DNA from: Mustelus asterias
Lineage: Eukaryota
NCBI RefSeq assembly: GCF_964213995.1
Contig: NC_135804.1
Coordinates: forward strand, 67,580,001-67,644,000
Direction: 5' to 3'
DNA length: 64,000 bases
Both the position numbers and the translations under genes were made by a program. Below, one piece after another: positions 11,701-22,975 of the stretch; the first letter of the stretch is position 1, and each line of letters opens with the position of its first letter. The notes beneath the pieces were generated by a model. That model saw only the letters and a list, made by a program, of their open reading frames with translations, was not told where the DNA came from and did no database searches.

Positions 11701-12106
11701 AAGCAAGACGTTCAAAGATCGGAGGAAGGAATCTAACATTGGTGGAGGGAAGCACTTCTTTTCAGAATAATGGAGGAAGGAGGTAGAGCTTCTGGAGGGA
11801 GTTACTACAGGTTATCAGAAACAGGAGTAGACACAGCTGTAGCTCGGGTGGAGAGGCATTTTTTCCAGTTAGTCACAAACTAGAGCGGTCATTTGGAGTG
11901 GAACAATGAAGATAATTGTGTAGGAAAGTCTCGTTTTCAGCCCCTTCCGAACACCGAGTCAGAATTTCCTCTATTTCATTGCCACTGTTGATAGCGCAAT
12001 TGTCCACCCTACTCTATATCAGGAATGGGGAAAGGCAACGCTTGGGAATCGGTGAGATCGTTCCCTCTCCCTGATGGAGAAAGAGACTGATCGTCCTGTG
12101 GAGGCT

Positions 12107-12425
12107 ATTCGTTCATGCGATGTGAGCGTCGCTTGCTGGGCCAATATTGCCTATCGCTAATTACCTTTGAATTGAGTTCATTTTTAAGAGTGAACCATGG
12201 AGTCACATCTAGGTGAGTACGGCAGGTTTCCTTCCTTCAGGGCGTTAATGAACCACATGGGTCTTGATGAAAATCGGCAACAGTTTCATAGTCACCATTA
12301 GACCTTTAATTACAGATTTATTTTCATTGAATTCAAATGTCGCCATCCACTTTGGTGTGATTCGAACCCGGGTTCCCAGAACATTATACTGGGTCCCTGG
12401 ATTACTAGTCCAGTGACAATGACAC
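12107..12425 (-). mobile_element. tRNA-headed SINE sharing its 3' tail with the LINE at 43.7-45.1 kb
   Basis: B-box GGTTCGAATC on the minus strand; GACGCTCACATC-like tail. Further copies at ~48930-49325, 50275-50580 and 51705-52030. Confidence 0.65.
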
Positions 12426-13069
12426 TCATTATGAGTTTACCCACCGACTCTTCTCCAGATCCCTGAAACTGCTGGCTATGAATTAATGAAAGTCTGTTAA
12501 TATTTTACATGTTTATGAATTTTCCATCATCTTTAATTTTGGCGTCATGTTTTTAACTCCCCTATTTCATGCCCGGATTTCTGCAGCGACACGATCACTT
12601 CTTCCTCAGTGGTATACATCTGGCTCCACTCAATGTCTGTGTCCACATAAAAACAGTGAATCATTCGATCTTCAATCCCCATATAATAGATCAAACCTGA
12701 TCTCTGAGCTAACTTGCCCCACACATTCATTAATACATTGTGTTAACATACATCAATTAATGCTATTAAACTCGGATACAACATTAACAGTTGATCTGGA
12801 AGTAATTACCATTGGGAGAAGAGGGTTCAAAACCTCTGCCACCATTTGTTTGCAGAAGTGTTTTCTAATCTCATTTTACATCTGGCTCTAGTTTCTTTTT
12901 TAGATTATATCCTCTTGGCCGAGACTGCCCAACCAACGGAAAAGTGTTCTCGCTACCTACCCCTTGTGGTTTCCATTAATATGCTGAAAATTTCAATCAA
13001 TTCATCCCTAACACTCTATATGCCTGGATGCAAGTTTGTTATATATGGGAGGGGGTGGAGGAGTGGTTA

Positions 13070-13417
13070 ATGCTCATCACTATTTAACTCCCCCATCCCC
13101 CCACAAGGATTCCTCAGGTTATCCTTTGACACTCTGCACCTTTGTTCTGCCATTTACACATTCTGATCTCTTAATGGCTGCTCAGTGCCATTCTCAGCTT
13201 TTGTCACCATTTATATTCCCTTTGTCTTCTTGTCTATTATTTACATTTCTATCAATTACAACTCCAAACCTCCCACCCTCAGTATAAACCTTGGCCAATT
13301 TTCCTTGCCCTCAGCTTTGACAAACAGTCATTCTGACTCAAAACATTGGCTCTATTCTCTCTCCACAGATGCTGTCAGGCCTGCTGAAATTTTGCAGCAT
13401 GTTCTGTTTTTGTTTCG
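13070..13417 (+). mobile_element. pLTR-like remnant of a second hammerhead-bearing repeat family
   Basis: TTGACAAACAGTCATTCTGACTCAAAACATTGGCTCTATTCTCTCTCCACAGATGCTGTCAG is a decayed version of the motif at 44185-44409. Confidence 0.5.
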
Positions 13418-13872
13418 TATTTATAAACGGTGGATTGTGCTTGACTCTCTTATTGTTTGTTTTCTGATAAAGTCACATGGCAAATTGATTAGCAGAATGC
13501 AATGTATATAGTCTGTATGGACTTTAAGAAAGCATTTCACAAAGTACCACAAAGTATGAGCCTTATGGAATGGAAGAGTTACCACAAAGTCTGCGGATTG
13601 TGGAATAAAAGAGTCAATGTCAGCTTGGAGCAAAAGCAGTTTAAGGACAGAAAGAAGTGAGTGAGCCACGTTAAAAACTTGTTTTTCAAACTGGGGAATG
13701 GTAGACAGTGCTGTTCCTCAAATGTTAGTTCTCCGACCACGTGTATCAATAGGTTATACAAGATAAAAGTTCAAAAAATGCCATACAACACCTTGGAGCT
13801 GTGGGAGTCAGTGAGATGATGCTAATCGATTGCAATAGGACACAGGAGAGATGAGTGTCTCCCTATCCTTAA

Positions 13873-14212
13873 TCATAGAAGTCATAGAAACCCTACAGTG
13901 CAGAAGGAGGCCATTCGGCCCATCGAGTCTGTACCGACCACAATCCCACCCAGGCCATATCCCTACATATTTTACCCACTAACCCCTCTAACCTACGCAT
14001 CTCAGGACACTAAGGGGCAATTTTAGCATGGCCAATCAAGCTAACCCGCACATCTTTGGACTGTGAGAGGAAACCGGAGCACCCGGAGGAAACCCACGCA
14101 GACACGAGGAGAATGTGCAAACTCCACACAGACAGTGACCCGAGCCAGGAATCGAACCCAGGGCCCTGGAGCTGTGAAGCAGCAGTGCTAACCACTGCGC
14201 TACCATGCCGCC
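13873..14212 (-). mobile_element. V-type SINE, full length
   Basis: Near-consensus copy: GGCGGCATGGTAGCGCAGTGGTTAGC head, GGTTCGATTCC B-box, V-domain. Confidence 0.9.
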
Positions 14213-14883
14213 CTTAATTACAGACTTCAGGAATTTCCTGACAGCAGAGCTTAGTGTAACTGGTCTACAATGACCCATTTTTCCCCCCCGTCGCAGTTTT
14301 TTTTAATAGCGGAGTGAATTGTAGAATTTTCACTTGAAAGGAATGCGTCCTGACTGCTGAGAACTTTGCAGATGCCCTAATTTATATTCATACAATGTTT
14401 CCACTTTCCTTTAAAACTCTGGGATGGAAACATTCCCCAGTCCTGGGCAATTGTCACATGTTATTGTCAGTAATCAGATAGCATCCTAAGGTGGAAATCA
14501 TGGCCTGGGACCATTTTGTTTTGTTGTTAAATTTAGACTAAGATATTCAATGTTGGAAGTTCAGTCACCCGGGTTTATACTTTGCATCGTGAGTACAGGT
14601 GAAATCAAATGGCATGTCTGCAGCATTTACAAGATGCTTAAGTGGTGGATATTGTGTTCTCCCTCATTGTCCATTGTATTCGGCAGAGATCTGGACTCGT
14701 GTTGTGTTAAAGCATTTCTCTCGTGTTTTCATGGATCTTCTACGTGAAACTACGGGAACAGTTGGGAGAACGCACTGCGTGGACCTAGCGTTTGTTTCTA
14801 TTGGCTGTTCCTAGACATCTTCAGTTGCTTCCTTGTGTGATTACCTCTTTTCTTTGTGATTACCTGGTTCAATGACCAACAAG

Positions 14884-15224
14884 TCATAGAATCATCGAAT
14901 CCCTACAGTCAGAAGGAGGCCGTTCGGCCCATTGAGTCTGCACGGACAGCAATCCCACACAGGCCCTATCCCCGTAAACCCGCATATTAATCCTGCTAAT
15001 CCCTCTAACCTATGCATCCCGGGTCACTAAGGGGCAATTTAGCAAGGCCAGTGCACCTAACCAGCACATGTTTGGACTGTTGGAGGAAACTGGAGCATCC
15101 GGAGGAAACCCACACAGGGGTGAATGTGCAAACTCCACACAGACAGTGACCCAAGCTGGGTATCAAACTCAGGTCCCTGGAGCTGTGAGGGAGCAGTGCT
15201 AACCACTGTGCCACCATGCTGCCC
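14884..15224 (-). mobile_element. V-type SINE
   Basis: Homologous to 13873-14212. Confidence 0.85.
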
Positions 15225-16400
15225 ATTGATGTTTGACTTTCTCTGGACAGATGATTGCTTTTACTAAAACAAAATACTGCAAGTGCTGTAGATCTGAAAT
15301 AAAAACCGAAAATGTGGGAAAATTTCTGTACTTCTGGTAGCATCTGTGGAGAGAGTTAACATTTCAAATCCAGTATGATTCTTTGGGTGCACTCGAAAGG
15401 TTAACTCTATTTCTCCCTCCACATTTTTCTCTCTACAGATGCTATCAGAGCAGTTGAACTTTGTTTCCTGCTTTTTCTGTTTTGATTGCTTTATGTTTTT
15501 GATTCCATGTTCTCATTAGACTGCTTTGAAAAGCGCGAAGGTAAACGGAGCACAATCACTGATGTGACATATTCCCAGGGCTCACTTGAAATCAATTGGG
15601 CAGCATTTGGAGTGAAAAGCATGTGGTAACATGGACTGTACGAACAGTGGTAAGTAGAGTTAGTCGTTCCTAACTTTAGTTGCTTTCACACTGAAGATTA
15701 GTTTTCTTCAGATTTTCTGGCCTCCCAGTGAGTTGATAATGAGCTCCTTCAGGTGCTTACGATGCACTCGATGAGAAGGTAAGAAAAACTCTTCTTACTC
15801 TTTCAATAAACTCAAAACTTTCTTGTCCTCTATTCATCAAAGCTGTTGAGACATTAAAGGATTTTCTTTCCTGATTGTCCAGATGAATGATCCTCTGATT
15901 AACCACTTGGCAGCACAGTGACAAAAAAGGCTGTGGGACTTATGATCTTGATCTGGGAATGCTTTGATTTGCTGCTATGGGGAGCTGATTCGTTATAAAT
16001 AAATTAACTGCATGACTGTTTGCAAGATAGCTATATGTTAAGATCTCCACTGATGTTAGAAGTGAGGGCATCCCCAAACCTGGAAGGGTAACTTAAAATG
16101 CTGTGTCTTAATTAGTGTTTTTTTTAGTTTTAGTATGTTGTGAGGATAGATATGTCCACAATGAGGGAAGGGTCCCGTTTTGTTATAGGCACTGAAAACA
16201 TATAACACACCACAAGATAGCATGAAACAAAAGTACACTGAAATACAATAATGCCCCTTGTCCATGCAGTATACCTTCGTGCTAAATCCAACTAATGGTT
16301 ACGTCCCATCAATTATCTTTAAGTTTAGGAAGCCTTGTTTGATTCAGTGTAGTTTGTCTCTAAGATTTCAAATCAGCAGCCTCCAACCTAGAATCCTGCT

Positions 16401-16443
16401 CTTACTGTGTTTACCGCAGTCCAACGCCGGCATCTCCACATCA
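16401..16443 (+). mobile_element. 43-bp PLE tail-only micro-insertion
   Basis: CTTACTGTGTTTACCGCAGTCCAACGCCGGCATCTCCACATCA equals the 3' terminus of the pLTR; flanked by an imperfect TSD AGAATCCTGCT/AGAATTCAGCT. Confidence 0.75.
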
Positions 16444-16979
16444 AGAATTCAGCTTTCCAGCTGGCAAAGCTTTGATAGTCACTGCTTTCCAGCTGCTTTT
16501 CTTTCTCCATTCCACCTTTCCTGTCAATTCAGAGCTTTTGGCTACTGATGGACCATATTTCCTTTTTTGATCTTCTATCTAAGTGACTTCAGAAGCCAGG
16601 CTTTTAGCAGATATGTGTGAATTGCTTTCTCATGTCTCTACCTTGAACTATTCACTTCCGCAGTTTTAACACCTAAAATTCTATACTTCTATTGTTTCCC
16701 ACTCAACTTAAATGCATATGTATTTTTCATGCTCTCAAGTTAATTTGCACAGCAAAAACCCTCCAGACAGCAGCACTCATCAATTGATCTTTCATCCCAT
16801 TCTTCAAACTTTATTTTATCTTTATTTTATCCCAACTTCTTTAACCTTTATTGTATCTATTTTTAAATCTTTACGTTAGCTCATTCCACCTACCCCCTTT
16901 TTACAGATGAAGCGTCTCAATTTAAAGGTGATTTAATTTATCAACCATTTGTACCTCATCTAACATTACAAAAATCCAA

Positions 16980-19900
16980 AAGCATGCATTGACATAAAAT
17001 ATAACTTCAAAGTATTTAACAAGGCCCACAATGATTATTTTACACTCAGGACAGCACATAAGCAATGATGTTCTCTCTCCCAGATGTGTGACTGATTTTC
17101 AGATTAAATAGACTCCACCAAAACAGCTGGTGTTCCAATTTCGAAATCTTGCAGAAGCTTCATGGGATAATATGAACAATATATGATTGTTTCTGCTGTA
17201 TTACCGGCAACATAAATCTCACCACGTTGTAATGCCAATGCCAAACTGAGTCTCCTTTTCGATCATAGAATATTTCTGTTGATGAGGGTTTGATTTCCTT
17301 AGGAAATACCCCACAGGCTTCTCAGGTTAATTTTCATATTTTTGCAACAACACTGGCCCCACAACTAATATCCCTATCGTCCACAGCCATTTTAACCTGT
17401 TTGCCATAATTTGGTGTGACTAACACTGGTGCTGCTGTTAACACAGATTTTAAATGTTGGAATGCAGTTTGGCAGTCCATCATCCAGTTAACTTTCTTCT
17501 TCTTCAAGAATTCTGTGAGTGGTGTCATGATACAGCTAGTTTGGCACCAACTTGTGAAAAAACTCACTCATTCGCAGGAATTGTAAACACTCCTTTCTTG
17601 TGATAGGTTCTGGAAAATCCCAAAGGGCCTGCATTTCTGCATCTTCTGGAGCCATCTGATCATGTCCCATGATATGCCCTGCATATGGCATTTGAACTTT
17701 GGCAAACTCGGTTCTTGCCAAATTCAACACTAGGTTAGTGTCTTTTAAAGTATTTAAACAGTTCTTTAAGGTGTTGTAGATGCTCTGACCAACTTTGACT
17801 AAACACTACCAAATCATCAATGTACACCACACAGTGACTCAGTTCATGAATTTTATTTTTTCATCTCTGAAGTGTTGCAGTGTGTTCTTCATTCCAGATA
17901 GCATAACTTTAAACTGATGAACATCCATTTAGCATCAAAAATGCTAACTTTCCTTTGCTCACTCTGACAAAGGTACTTGCCAATATCCTTTTAGCAAGTT
18001 TATTTTGACAATGAATTTGGACTGTCCAACCTTTTCAATGCAATTGTCCAATGATGGAATAGGAAACGATTTCTGTTGGTGATGGAATTCATTTCTCTGT
18101 AGCCCACATAAAGTCGTTGGGAGCAATTTTCCCAAAATAATTTGAAGTGTCCAACAGGTGGGAAAATACCTGTGTTTGAACGAGCTGAGTTTTGATAATT
18201 AACAATACTCTGTGCAATACAGAGGCCCTCAGGTAATTCATGCCAGTAGGGGTATTTGGAGCCTAATCATACTGGAGAGGCAGCAGTAGAATGCTCAGGG
18301 GGTCATTTGGCATGTGCAATCTCTCAGAATACTGGGAGATTGGTGACATCCACCACCCACCCTTGCCAGCCTCCCGATCACAGGCTCTGCCCTGTGGCCA
18401 GCCCTGATTGCCGATCACCAGCCCCCACTCACCGATGCAAAGTTCCTCCATTCCCTCACTTCCTACCTCCCTCTGCCGGTCTGGCCCCACCCTCTTGATG
18501 CCTGGTGGGCACTGACAGTGTGCCCAGCTGGCAATGCCTTCTGGCACTGTCCAAGGGGCACTAGCCCCCTGCCCCGACCTGCCAGGGGGCCTCAATGGCC
18601 TCCAGTCCCACCAGCAAGGCCATCACATCTGGTCCCCATTGCTGTGGACCAGCTGTGATCCCCACTGGTGTAGACTTCCATTGGGAAGTGAGCCCAGACA
18701 ATTGCGTCCAGAGCCCATTAAAGAGATTTAACTGATGAATATTAAAATCAACTTCATGCCGTTCCCTGGCACTCGGCTGATTATGTCAATAAAAGTGGGT
18801 TGGAAAGATCCCGACTGGCCAGACACCGGGCATGATTCCAGTAATTGGCTTCCTGCTTACATTTTCCGCCCTCCTACGCTACTCGAACAGCGTAGCAGGG
18901 TGGGAAATTTGTGCCCTTTGTGTTTTGTCCACATTTACGTCATACCTAATTTATCTTCACAAATACATTTATACATTCGTAGTAACTTTTCAATTTGCTT
19001 CGACTTTTACCTAGAAGGTAACTTAGCAAGCTGTTGAAATTTTCAAATACTTCCTCATGAACCAAATGAATTTGAGGAAAGTCACACTCAGAATTTCTAT
19101 TCCCTGCTTCGTTAATACCAAGACCTCACAGTTGTCATCATATCCTCTATCCCAGTACTGCTTAAGCATGTTAATATGACATACTCTATTTGCATCAATC
19201 TGGTGTGAGTAGCAAATAATTTACTTCAACTGTTAAGTTTTTTCTCAATTTGATATGGTTCACTAAAGTCAAACCTAGCTTTCAATGGTTCACCTGACTC
19301 TGGCACATTTGCAACTGCTATAAAGCTATGACTCTATTTTCTTATCAGCCACTGCTTTCATTCCCTGCTGTGCTACCTTAATGAATTCTTGCCAATTTTC
19401 AAGCTCCATTCAGTCTCTAAAAGTGTAGTTTCTGATTCCCACTTGATTATTTCTCTTGGAATAGTTTCAATGGTCCACTCACTTCATGTCAGTTCAAAAT
19501 GACTAAGCCTTGGAGAATCATTTGGCGCATCCAAAGTGACAAATATTAAAAATGGATTCCCCTTGTTCCAATCATGAGAGTAACTTTGACCATAAGCTCT
19601 CATTACTGTTTTCGATGTTTGATGCCATCTTTCTATTGCTTCCTATGACTCTGGATGATACACTGATATATTTTGTTTTATTTCTTGACTTTTTGAATAA
19701 TCCTGACAAAAAATTGAAACTTGATCTGATTCTATTTCTTTTGGTAAGCCTTAGTAAAGAATTCTGTTAATTCTTCTACCACTCTTTTCCCTGCAATGTT
19801 TCTTAAAGGAAAATCTAGTGGATGTATCCATGGTCGTTAGTAAGTATTGATTTCCACTTTTTGTCTTTGAAAGTGGCCTGGTACAGTCAACAAGAACTCT

Positions 19901-20160
19901 TGTTCAAAAAAAAAATGTTCTTCAAAAGCTGGAAAAGGAATGAAATGTGCTGGTTTTATTGTTTCCCTATTACTTGATGTGTGGAATGCTCCACAAAACT
20001 AAAATAAATATTTATGTTGCCCCAGGCAGTAAAACATTTTCTGTATATCTGATTGCTGTTCCTTTGTGCCAAAATGTCCTATAATGGAATTTAATGAGTT
20101 AGTCTCAGAATGACTTTCCTATATCCATGAGGTAATACAATCTGATGAATATTGTGCCCT
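16980..20160 (-). mobile_element. Decayed Ty3/Gypsy pol with Gmr1-type domain order (integrase upstream of RT-RNase H)
   Basis: Minus-strand remnants in order: integrase (IHQIVLPHGYRK..GHFG; RVLVDC..KTKSGNQYLLTTMDTSTRF) at ~19800-20150, RT (LLKGYWQVPLSE) at ~17960-18000, then connection/RNase H ORFs 17334-17730. Confidence 0.75.
18119..18916. mobile_element. Putative non-autonomous DNA transposon (MITE) with imperfect terminal inverted repeats, nested in the Gypsy remnant
   Basis: Left GGGAGCAATTTTCCCA versus right TGGGAAATTTGTGCCC; GC-rich interior interrupts the AT-rich RT. Confidence 0.5.
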
Positions 20161-20327
20161 TAAACTTCACTTATAGCGTGTCAAGCAGAACATGTCGCAA
20201 GACTGGTAATATGTGCATCCACTCCAGCAGGTCAACCATAATATGGGCATGAATTGCTCACTGGAGATTTGTGCGTTATGAGGAGGGTACATGAGAATGG
20301 GATTGTTGCTGCGCCTGCTGCACAGTC

Positions 20328-21556
20328 TGTTTTAACCGTTATACGAAGACAAAGAATTGTGAATAGACTTCTTGTTAGTACATTTTTTTTACATACAATT
20401 ATTAATCACCCACCCAATCAACAATAAGTTATCTTACAGAATACTAAAGTTCAAGTCCAATACTAGACCTTGACTTAACTTTTGTGTGACTGGCAAGTAC
20501 CCAGGCAGATATTGGCCTTTATCCAGGATGTTGCCTGGTATGGAAGGTCTTAGCTATGAGGAGAGATTGGGTAAACTGGGCTTGTTCTCCCTGTAAAGAC
20601 GGAGAATGAGGGGAGACCTAATAGAGGTGTACAAAATTATGAAGGGTATAGATAGGGTGAACAGTGGGAAGCTTTTTCCCAGGTCGGAGGTGACGATCAC
20701 GAGGGGTCACGGACTCAAGGTGAGAGGGGCGAGGTATAACTCAGACATCAGAGGGACGTTTTTTACACAGAGAGTGGTGGGGGACTGGAATGCGCTGACA
20801 AATAGGGTGGTGGAGGCAGGCACGCTGACATCGTTTAAGACTTACCTGGATAGTCACATGAGCAGTCTGGGAATGGAGGGATACAAACGAACGGTCTAGT
20901 TGGACCAATGAGCGGCATAGGCTTGGAGGGCCGAAGGGCCTGTTTCCGGTGCTGTACTGTTCTTTGTTCGTTCTACCCATGTGTTGGTCTCCGTGGTCCT
21001 CTGCATAGTCTGGTCCTTTGGTCTGGTCTGATGCTTTGGTCTTCCTTCCTTCCTTAGATGTAGTGGCTCTCCTTGTGCTGGTCGTTGCTGGTGATGGCCA
21101 CCATTATTGTCGTTCATTCGATGGGAGAGAGAGAGATTCTTCTGTTGTGCAGCACCCTTTGTACCTCGCTGGTTTTTGCACCCTTTTATGGTCATTGCCA
21201 ATCAATCGACCAAGACTTGATCACCCTGATCGATAAGGTCCAATCAGGTGCTGCCACACTGATCCCTGGGTGTGTACCCAACGGCCATGCCTGGAGGTGT
21301 TGGAGGTATGTAGATCACATACCTCCCTCCCAAATAAGGGGTTAAGGCTCCCCTTTGTCTGGTAAACAAGTATGTTTGACCAGAGAGTGTCTATTGTCTT
21401 TGGGATGGCCTATTTCCTGTGTATTCAGTTGTCTGAGCTACAGCCTGTTAATCTCTGTCCTTTTCTTTTGAGGCTGCAGCCTGCCTGTTTCAGTGCTTGT
21501 CCAATTGTCCCAGTGTGCTTTGTAAATCACCATTTTAAGTGGCTCATTTGGCCACA
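20328..21556 (-). repeat. LTR copy A (putative 3' LTR), interrupted by a CR1 3' fragment
   Basis: Direct repeat of 30902-31670. Minus strand runs TGTGGCC...TTAAAACA and is preceded by purine-rich AAGGGGAAC (polypurine-tract-like). Confidence 0.75.
20522..20975 (+). mobile_element. CR1 3' fragment inserted in LTR A
   Basis: ORF 20606-20899 (RGDLIEVYKIMKG...) is nearly identical to the C-terminus of the 56.5-59.3 kb copy; TTCT tail. Confidence 0.9.
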
Positions 21557-22452
21557 GTTCCCCTTGTTGATCCTGAATGTGAAGCGTGATGGATCACAGA
21601 CTCAGGACTAATATCTGTAGGATTTCCCCAGCCACTCAACAGTCAAGTAAGGCCCAGGCATTAGCATGCACAGTAACAAATCCCTACAACATATTTACAT
21701 TTCAGAAGCTACAGACAACAAACATTCTACTGTTAACCAGGAATTACAAACAACCACACATTCTGAAACCAAATCATTACAATAAGCCAGTTACAAACAA
21801 CCAAGCATTCAAAAAACATTACGATAAGTATTCGTGAGTCCAGGGTACATTCCGTTTTTTCTGAAGCTGCGCTATATTCAGATAATCCACTGGCAAAAGA
21901 TTTGACTCCCAAGTGGCAAAGCTCTGTTCAAAGGATCATGCCAGTTGATGAAAGTACAGCAAATGACATTTGATTTTTAAAAATCACTACAGTTTTCAAG
22001 AAATGAGTTTTAAAACAAAAGACCATCAGTTTGCTTTCAAAGAGTCTTGAAATAAGTTACGTGAAAAGGCTGCTGTGTAGGGAGATGTTTCATTATTTTT
22101 CAATGGCAAGGAAAATGACTCAAAAATAACTGGGTACCTTGCTGGCAATTTTCAACATGCGGTCTCAATCCCTCGACAGACGTTCCATGCCAATTTTTCA
22201 AATGAAGGCATTTAAATTAATTAAAAGCCACATGGCTTACTTTTTTTAATGTAAAGTTCAATCCTCATAACGAGTTAACCGAGTCAACAACTGGATAACA
22301 AGATTAATCATGGTGAAAATAGTTTTCTCGCATTTTATCGTAACAGGCAAATCAACTTTCATCAGATAATGCTTTCTGCGGTTCCAGGAGTCATTTTAGG
22401 AACAAGGTGGGAGGCTGACCTGACACTGGCAGAAATGCTTCTCTTGCTTTGA

Positions 22453-22632
22453 TCAATCATAGTCCCTGTATGAGCGGCCTCCGTAACAACCACCACCACC
22501 ACTGCAGTAGTATCCACCTTGGCCCTTGTACCCACCCGAATAGCTACCTTGGTCTCCTGTATCATACCGGCCTCTGCCACTATAGCCGCCGCTCCTGTCA
22601 CTATCCCAATAGCCACCTCCTGCTCCTCTCCT
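22453..22632 (-). pseudogene. Intronless C-terminal RGG/YGG fragment of a CIRBP/RBM3-like RNA-binding protein, followed by probable 3' UTR (to ~21570)
   Basis: Minus frame not in the ORF track: RRGAGGGYWDSDRSGGYSGRGRYDTGDQGSYSGGYKGQGGYYCSGGGGCYGGRSYRDYD*. The SYRDYD end resembles CIRBP/RBM3 C-termini. Confidence 0.6.
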
Positions 22633-22726
22633 GTGTGTGGAGATGCCGGTGTTGGACTGGGGTAAACACAGTCAGACGTTTAACAACACCAGGTTAAAGT
22701 CCAACAGGTTTATTTGGTAGCAAAAG

Positions 22727-22772
22727 CCACACAGGCTTTCGGAGCTCTAAGCCCCTTCTTCAGGTGAGTGGG
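22727..22772 (-). ncRNA. Hammerhead motif in array pLTR 1 (core U16.1->C, probably inactive)
   Basis: GAAAGCCTG instead of GAAAGCTTG. Confidence 0.55.
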
Positions 22773-22975
22773 AATCCTGTTCACAAACAGAGCATATAAA
22801 GACACAAACACAATTTACATGAATAATGGTTGGAATGCGAATACTTACAACTAATCAAGTCTTTAAGAAACAAAATAATGTGAGTGGAGAGAGCATCAAG
22901 ACAGGGTAAAAAGATGTGTATTGTCTCCAGAAAAGACAGCCAGTGAAACTCTGCAGGTCCAGTCAACTGTGGGAG

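Noticed and set aside
14010-14278. Recurrent short ORFs such as MVSTAASQLQGPGFDSWLG and GHCLCGVCTFS
   Set aside because: Translations of V-SINE sequence, not genes.
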